From assembly GCA_963833125.1 (NCBI GenBank), contig CAWHWX010000012.1, positions 1 through 64,000 on the forward strand: a DNA stretch of 64,000 nucleotides, given 5' to 3'. The position numbers and the translations under genes are program-made. The DNA comes from Candidatus Bathyarchaeota archaeon. Its GTDB lineage: Archaea; Thermoproteota; Bathyarchaeia; 40CM-2-53-6. Below the pieces are notes generated by a model, which did no database searches, was not told the DNA's origin, and was given only the letters and a program-made list of their open reading frames with translations. Below, in pieces: positions 57,680 through 64,000 of this stretch (within the stretch, counting starts at the first letter, position 1; each line of letters begins with the position of its first letter).

Positions 57680-57937
57680 TCAGCTAGAGCCGTCTTCTCT
57701 TTCGCTGCCTACTCGCTTGACCATGCCTTTGGCCGTCAAACTATAGGTGTGTGGCGCGATGAAATCTCTGTCGAGGAGGTAGCGGATCGCATCTTGAATC
57801 AGATCGTGGGAACCTTCGCCCTCAAACGCCTTGTACAGAGACGTAGCAGAAATCTCCGCCGCTCCTTTGCTCTTGGCGGTTTCCCGAAATAGATCCAAGA
57901 TTCTTGCAGCTAACTCCGTCACCGTTGCCAAATCCAC
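57680..57937 (-). CDS. small winged-helix-like protein
   Basis: IQDAIRYLLDRDFI…YSLTAKG. Confidence 0.6.
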   Translation of the reverse strand: MDLATVTELAARILDLFRETAKSKGAAEISATSLYKAFEGEGSHDLIQDAIRYLLDRDFIAPHTYSLTAKGMVKRVGSEREDGSS

Positions 57938-58106
57938 ACCTTACCGATAACGCCCTAGGCTATTGTTTAGGCAAGAGAAGCGTCTCAATAGTAAAGACTA
58001 TCGATAAAGCCTGGCTGTTCGCAGTAGCACAATCCAGCCGAAGGTCGGTGTTTAAGCCTCCTTCAGGAAGTACTTGACGTGGCCAAGACTAGAAGTTTCT
58101 AGGAGC

Positions 58107-58877
58107 CTAGTGTAAGCGACGGGATGCCCGCCGCGCTCTCAAGACAAATATGGAAATTAGGGCGGTCTCAACGAGGACGACGATTGCTGTTGCATAGACT
58201 CCTTGCGGATATACATAGGTGACAATTAGCCGTGGGTAGTAAGTATTGTTTGGAGTCTGGTGGATTGTGAAGAATTGGGTGGAGTAGAGTAGCGAAGCGT
58301 TCTCCTGAGTGTCCCTAACGACTACCCCATTATTTTGTACACCAGACTGCCAATCCTTGACCATCTCACTTAGATCCCAATTCATGTAAATCAATGGACC
58401 ATTCCATCCGCCTTGGCCAGGTGGGACAGCGGATTCGGCGTGATGGTAATCCGTCCAATTCGGCTGGTTTACCCAGTTAATTCCCTCATCCGTCCAAGGT
58501 GACGATAAGGCGTAGATTCCGTAAATTCTGCCCGTGGGATCACCCAACTGGGATTGATTACCCAGCTGGTCACTCAGCTGGGTTTGGGTTGTTGTCTTTT
58601 GCCAAAGTCGCAAGCTAAGGATGGCTGACGTGATCCACACTTGCTGTGGAATCGATGATAGATTGAATTCGAGCCACCCTCTCATATTGTGACCATTCCG
58701 CCACGATGTGATTTCGAAGTTATCCGACCCGCCATTATTGGCAGTGGGAACAACTTGCCATGAGTAGCTTTGTGAAATTGGGTATAGGGTTAGGGTATGG
58801 ATGGAAGTGATCCAGAAAATTCCGAACGTTCCGCCGTAAATCAAAACAATTAGAAAAATCGCAATTACTCTTCTCAT
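58107..58877 (-). CDS. DNRLRE/CBM96-like domain surface protein
   Basis: RGWLEFNLSSIP, SAILSL, WTDEGINWVNQP, NNGVVV, YPRLIVTY, with N- and C-terminal TM. Confidence 0.75.
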   Translation of the reverse strand: MRRVIAIFLIVLIYGGTFGIFWITSIHTLTLYPISQSYSWQVVPTANNGGSDNFEITSWRNGHNMRGWLEFNLSSIPQQVWITSAILSLRLWQKTTTQTQLSDQLGNQSQLGDPTGRIYGIYALSSPWTDEGINWVNQPNWTDYHHAESAVPPGQGGWNGPLIYMNWDLSEMVKDWQSGVQNNGVVVRDTQENASLLYSTQFFTIHQTPNNTYYPRLIVTYVYPQGVYATAIVVLVETALISIFVLRARRASRRLH

Positions 58878-59108
58878 TTCAATCACTTCCAGTGAGCCAG
58901 ACCGTAAACTCACCCGTAGTAATAGATAACCTTGGGCAAATATTTCAGACCCTATGAGGTTCGGATGATCTCTGAAGTCGCGCTTCTCAGCGCTTTGAAC
59001 ATCAAGATCTATGGATTGGGAAAATCGGCGCATTTATGCCCTTTTTCACAGAATCTCCAAAAAGTTCCAGAAGACGTGCCATAAGCTAAATGCTCTCCTT
59101 CTCCTAAT

Positions 59109-60254
59109 TTGTCGACAGAGGTAGTTCATTTGTCGGACGATGTAATCTCGCTTCTTGCCGACCTGGTGAGGATTCCGAGTGTATGTGGGGAGGAAGGCAG
59201 AGTCGCGGCGTTCATCGCTAATTGGCTTAAGGAAAATGGTCTACCGGCCGAGATGCTTGAAGTCAAACCCGGGAGATCCAACGTACTAAGTAGAGTAAGA
59301 GGTCCGAAGGACGGGCCCCGCTTGATGCTCAACGGTCACATGGATACCGTTGCGCCTGGCACAGGATGGAAACACAATCCATTCGGAGCGGAAATAGAAA
59401 ATGGCAGAATGTATGGCCGCGGAACAGTTGACATGAAGTCGGGCTTAGCCGCCATGCTCTCGGCATTAGTAGAATGCAAACAGGAAGCGTTGCCGATGAG
59501 AGGGGAAGTAATCTTAGCGGCCGTCGTGGATGAAGAAGCGTTCGATTTGGGCTCATACGCACTCGTTCAGAGGGGCATAATGAAGGGAGTGGATTTGGCG
59601 ATGATCTCCGAGGCCAGCGACCTCAATGTCGTAACCGCGCACCGCGGTAGAACCGTGCTGGAGGTAATCGTTCATGGTACGCCTGCTCACTCCATGTGGC
59701 CTCAACACGGCATAAGTGCCATAACGGGCGCCGCAAATCTCGTCAACTCCCTACCAGAACTCAGCAGCCCCACCCATCCAAGGATGGGACGCTCGACTGT
59801 CAATGTCTTGAAGATTGAGGGAGGGCAAGAGGAGGTTATGCTCGTCCCAGATCGCTGCAGAATTGTCATCGACAGATGCTTAGTTCCAGGTCACAACTCG
59901 AAAGATGCGCTTCAGGATCTCAATAATACGATCAAGAAATTAGGGATAAATGCCGAGGCGAGTTTTATTCACCGCGAAACTCCATTCTGCGAACCCTTTG
60001 AGATATCCGACGAAAACAAGTATGTGAAATTGGTTGTTGGGGCTGCGACCAAAGCTCTTGGAAACGTTCCTAGGATAGATTTCCATGAAGGCCCGTGTGA
60101 TTCGTGTATTCTGGTAAACCCAGGAAACGTTCCGACTTTGGAATTTGGACCGTCAGGTGGGAGGCTGCATGAATCCGACGAGTTCGTGGACCTCGAATCC
60201 GTAAGAAAGACCGCAAGGGTCTACAAGGAAATCATCAGAACGCTACTCGCATGA
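59109..60254 (+). CDS. M20 family metallopeptidase (ArgE/DapE-like)
   Basis: NGHMDTV, GRGTVDMKSG, VDEE, H-ESDE. Confidence 0.92.
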   Translation: MSTEVVHLSDDVISLLADLVRIPSVCGEEGRVAAFIANWLKENGLPAEMLEVKPGRSNVLSRVRGPKDGPRLMLNGHMDTVAPGTGWKHNPFGAEIENGRMYGRGTVDMKSGLAAMLSALVECKQEALPMRGEVILAAVVDEEAFDLGSYALVQRGIMKGVDLAMISEASDLNVVTAHRGRTVLEVIVHGTPAHSMWPQHGISAITGAANLVNSLPELSSPTHPRMGRSTVNVLKIEGGQEEVMLVPDRCRIVIDRCLVPGHNSKDALQDLNNTIKKLGINAEASFIHRETPFCEPFEISDENKYVKLVVGAATKALGNVPRIDFHEGPCDSCILVNPGNVPTLEFGPSGGRLHESDEFVDLESVRKTARVYKEIIRTLLA

Positions 60255-60291
60255 GTAGTCCCTTTGTAAATTCAGTTAAACGTGAGTGTAG

Positions 60292-61283
60292 CTAGTTTTC
60301 CAAGTCGAATCGTGTCCCGACTCCTAGACTTCGGGCTTTCTTAAACACGACCAACGCGACTGCAGCGTCTTGAATTCCTAGGCCAACTGACTTGAAAAGC
60401 GTTTTTTCCTCCTGTGATGTTCGTCCTGGTCTTCTTACCTGTTACTATCTCCCCGAGTTCTGCCCAAATGTTTTCGCGCCGAATTACCCCCTCTTTCATT
60501 GGAATGATAATGTCTCCTGCCTCCGCGAGGGCTGCGTCCAAGGAATCTACCACGATTTTGGAAGTTGAGATTGTCTCGTTGTCTACCTCTCGTGTTGAAG
60601 GAGTGAAAGCTCCAATTGCGTTGATATGCGTCCCGGGTTTTATGTCGCGGCCGTTGAAGACGGGGTTTGCAGAGGTCGTGGCTGTAACAATTATATCGGA
60701 TTCGCGAACCACTTCCTCAGGAGTGTTTGCAACCGAAACCTTAACGTCACCTTGGGCCGTCGTCTCCGTGATGAAGTCGTGTATTACTTCTTTTCTTGTA
60801 TCATATACTGACGCAGAGCTGATAGCTCTGACTTCCCTGACGGCTTGAAATTGTCTCCGGGCTTGAACTCCCGCGCCAAAAATGCCCAGACTATTTGCAT
60901 CGGTGCGGGCAAGATGCTTTGTTGCAACCCCCGAGACTGCGCCAGTTCTCATTGCCGTGATTTGGGACCCCTCCATTATTGCCTCAATGCGGCCGGTTTC
61001 TACATCGTTTAGCATTACTGCGGCCAGTACGTTTGGGATCCCGTGCCTGGTGGCGTTGTTTTGATAGACTGTAACAATTTTCGTTGCCAACGAGCCGGCT
61101 TGCGCGAGATATGCCGGCATTACTCCTAGCCAACCTTGCTTCTCAGGTATCGACAGACTCAGTCTTGTAGGCATCGTGGCGGTTCCAAGTGCGAACTCTC
61201 GGAACGCTTCCTCAACCGCCTCTAATGCTCTCGGCCATCGAAAGGAGCGCGCTTACTTGGCTCTTGGAGAGGAGGATAACCAT
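60292..61283 (-). CDS. ornithine cyclodeaminase/mu-crystallin family (alanine dehydrogenase-like), frameshifted at both ends
   Basis: MPAY, TAMRTGAVSG, GAGVQA, HINAIGA, FKSVGLGIQD. Confidence 0.88.
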
Positions 61284-61335
61284 CCTTGCATCACTCAGGT
61301 TGGTAGGCAGATTCGATTGGAGTGTTGCTGTTAAA

Positions 61336-62188
61336 TTACTCCATGAACCGTGAGGGACGTGGGTTCTTCCTCCTGCGTGAAAGGAGAAATACAGTCACTA
61401 GGATGACGACTGCTGCAGTCAAAGTGAAGATGAATGACTGTTGATCCCAGAACGGTTTTTGCGAGGGACAACTGTAGTTCGGTACTACGTTTTGAGGTAC
61501 GTTCACGGTTGGCTGTTGAATGCCGGGGTACCATTCCAAGTATGGAATCGGGGCCGGCAATGTTACGGCGTCGTTGGCTGAGAATGTGCAACCTTTTCCT
61601 AGAAGGTAAACGCCGTAGAGGTTGAGTGTTGATGGGTGCGAGCGTTCTCCGCCCGTATAAGCCTCCTGTGACGGGGACATGAGGTCTGTAAGGATTTGTG
61701 TGTGATCTAGACCTAATACATGTCCGAGCTCATGTTCCATCACTTGAATCAGATCATCGGGAGTTTGAAGCCTACTTAGGACTAACAATATTGTCTCATT
61801 CGAGATCATTCCAGACGTAGGTGTTTCAGTACTCCCCGACCAAATTTGTCCCGAGTCGGCGACGTAAACGATTGTAACTTGGGATATGGTATTGTTCTCG
61901 TTTCCTACAAGTGAGAATTCCGCATTGGTTTGATTTGGGAAGTAGGTGTGAATAAACCAAAGTTGTGCATTGTTCCAGTCATGTATTGCAGAGTTGATCG
62001 CTGCTGGCGCCCAGGCGGGTGAAGGTCGGAATGCTTACGAGTATTTCATGTGTGCCCCAACTCACGTCAAGCATCGGTTGCGAGTATGTTTGCGCCTGCA
62101 CGAGCGGTAACGTAGCAAAAATGAATAGGAGCAGTAGAGCCTGAACCTTCAACCGCTTCACTTCAGAAGCACAAAATGCTGTAATCAA
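61336..62188 (-). CDS. secreted matrixin-like metalloprotease (frameshift near 62000)
   Basis: Signal peptide ORF 61979..62188 joins HELGHVLGLDH…DLMSP and a C-terminal TM. Confidence 0.8.
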
Positions 62189-62324
62189 CGTGATTTATTT
62201 TTCTTGTACTCTTGAGTTCGGTCCGTTAGAAAATCGTATTCCAATGAAGGTCGTAGGCGACCACAAAGGTTTCGTGTCCAATCCCTTGACCCAAGGTGTA
62301 GTGGGGGATAATGCTCCTGGACGG

Positions 62325-63044
62325 TCATTCTGACCTTAAGCCAAGGTAGAGACGCGCTATTTCTTTGTGAGCCAGTAAATCCTTTGCAGGTCCTTCGAAG
62401 TTTTTGTTACCACTGACTAGCAAGTAGGCTTGGTCTCCTATTTCCAGAGCGCGTTTTGCATTTTGTTCGACAAGCAATACGGTCATGTTCATTGTGTCGG
62501 CTAGCGAAGATATTGTTGTTAGAACCTGTGTCGCAATTTTTGGCGCGAGGTTAGCGGTCGGTTCGTCAAACATCATGACCGTTGGTTTCCGGAGGAGCGC
62601 CATCGCCATCGCAAGCATCTGCCGTTCCCCTCCGCTTAGGTTTGTGGCTTTCGTGGACAGATACCTCTTCAGCTGGGGGAAGATCTCTAGAACCTCAACT
62701 TCGCGCCCTTCGGCTTGCTCGCGGTGGAGCGTGTAGGCCGCTAGTGTGATGTTCTCTTGGGTCGTTAGATTTGTGAAGACGTTTTCAGTTTGAGGGAGGT
62801 ACGCGACACCCATGCGTGCAATAACATGGGGATGAAGATTAGTCAACTCCTTCTCGCCGTCCATTTTGATGAGGCCTCCAAAGATTGTGGTTAGGCCAGA
62901 GATACTTTTGAGAAGTGTACTTTTTCCGGAACCGTTGGGGCCGACAATTACCGTCACTTCATTTGGCTTCGCTTGCATCGAAACGCCATTTAGCACTTGG
63001 AGTTTCCCATAGCCGGCGGATAGGTCCTTGACTTCGAGCATCAT
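62325..63044 (-). CDS. livF: branched-chain amino acid ABC ATP-binding protein
   Basis: GPNGSGKS, LSGGERQMLA, LLVEQNA. Confidence 0.92.
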   Translation of the reverse strand: MMLEVKDLSAGYGKLQVLNGVSMQAKPNEVTVIVGPNGSGKSTLLKSISGLTTIFGGLIKMDGEKELTNLHPHVIARMGVAYLPQTENVFTNLTTQENITLAAYTLHREQAEGREVEVLEIFPQLKRYLSTKATNLSGGERQMLAMAMALLRKPTVMMFDEPTANLAPKIATQVLTTISSLADTMNMTVLLVEQNAKRALEIGDQAYLLVSGNKNFEGPAKDLLAHKEIARLYLGLRSE

Positions 63045-63802
63045 TAATCTCCGAGATATGCCTCTACGACCTTCGCGTCACTGACAACTTCGTTAGGTGG
63101 GCCAGATGCTATTACTTTCCCAAGAGCCATTGCAGTCATGTGGTCGACATATTGCATCGCTATGTCCAGTCTATGTTCAACTATGAAGAAGGAGATGCCT
63201 GATTCGTCCCGGAGTTTGAGTATCTTGGAGAAGATCTCATGGGCTAATGTTGGGTTGACTCCCGAGACCGGCTCGTCGAGAAGCAAGAGCTTGGAGTCGC
63301 TCATGAGAGCCCGGCCCATCTCGAGCAGTTTCATCTGCCCTCCACTGAGGAGATAAGACGGTGTGTTGGCTTGTCCCATCAAGCCTAGGGTTTGTAGGAT
63401 TCTGCCCGCCTTTTCAACTGCTTCCTCCTCGTTTCGCACCCAAAACCCCCTGAATAGGGCTTTGTTGAAAGAATCGCCCGGATTTCCTTTCTCGGCTACA
63501 AGCAGGTTCTCAAGTGCCGTTAGTTTGGAGAACAGTGCTGGTATCTGAAAGGTTCTTGCGATTCCCATTCTGTATAGGGAGTGGGGAGTCATGCCAGTGA
63601 TGTCAGTGGAATTAAATTTCACGCTGCCTGTATCCGGTTTGTAGAATCCGGTTATGACATTGATGAGAGTCGTTTTTCCCGAACCGTTCGGCCCTATTAG
63701 AATGCTTACGGTTTTCTCGCCCACGCCTAATGTTACGCCATCTAGAGCTGCGAGTCGGCCGAATGATTTCCTTAGGTCAGTTACTTGAAGTATAGTCGAC
63801 AG
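63044..63802 (-). CDS. livG: branched-chain amino acid ABC ATP-binding protein
   Basis: KSFGRLAALDGV, GPNGSGKT, IARTFQ, VVEAYLG. The start is approximate. Confidence 0.9.
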   Translation of the reverse strand: MSTILQVTDLRKSFGRLAALDGVTLGVGEKTVSILIGPNGSGKTTLINVITGFYKPDTGSVKFNSTDITGMTPHSLYRMGIARTFQIPALFSKLTALENLLVAEKGNPGDSFNKALFRGFWVRNEEEAVEKAGRILQTLGLMGQANTPSYLLSGGQMKLLEMGRALMSDSKLLLLDEPVSGVNPTLAHEIFSKILKLRDESGISFFIVEHRLDIAMQYVDHMTAMALGKVIASGPPNEVVSDAKVVEAYLGD

Positions 63803-63849
63803 GATAGATCACAAAAAAGGAGGGTTAGCTGGATCTTGGTCCAGCTCGT

Positions 63850-64000
63850 TTATGGCGTCATTGTGTAGGATACTGCGTCGGCGGACAGCGCTCCAAGTGC
63901 CAACGTTTACCCATTGGTAGGACGTTGCATTGACACTTTGGATTTCCCAAACATCGTAGTCTGCTATCGCTCTATCGCCGTTTGCGTTAAGGTCCGGCCA
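63850..64000 (-). CDS. C-terminus of branched-chain amino acid ABC substrate-binding protein (partial)
   Basis: LNANGDRAIADYDVWEI…VGTW, upstream of livG. Confidence 0.7.

Overview
Archaeal chromosomal window. The 16S-23S operon has no spacer tRNA and no 5S, and tiaS, tsr3 and BHB introns are present. This is TACK-like and most resembles Bathyarchaeia (inference). Many housekeeping genes carry single-base frameshifts, probably assembly errors. Routine content: dpp/opp and liv ABC transporters, hutI/hutU, nnr, speE, a MarR-ABC efflux operon, VKOR/TlpA and peptidases. Highlights read from the DNA: (1) three tRNA genes absent from the ORF track carry 10 BHB introns, namely tRNA-Ala(TGC) with two, and tRNA-Pro(CGG) and initiator tRNA-Met with four each; (2) a ~9.5 kb element is integrated into the 3' end of the RNase P RNA gene (54-bp direct repeat), and its tyrosine integrase is split SSV1-style by the att site, with an RHH-like N-terminal half at the far end; (3) a ~6.2 kb element in tRNA-Ala carries a Tat-exported peptide with 19 Cys; (4) the 23S rRNA has a strongly divergent peptidyl-transferase centre, and the 16S has a 50-nt intron in the 926R primer site; (5) a wHTH/ATP-cone/NrdD fusion lacks the catalytic Cys and glycyl-radical motifs and is a candidate nucleotide-sensing regulator.
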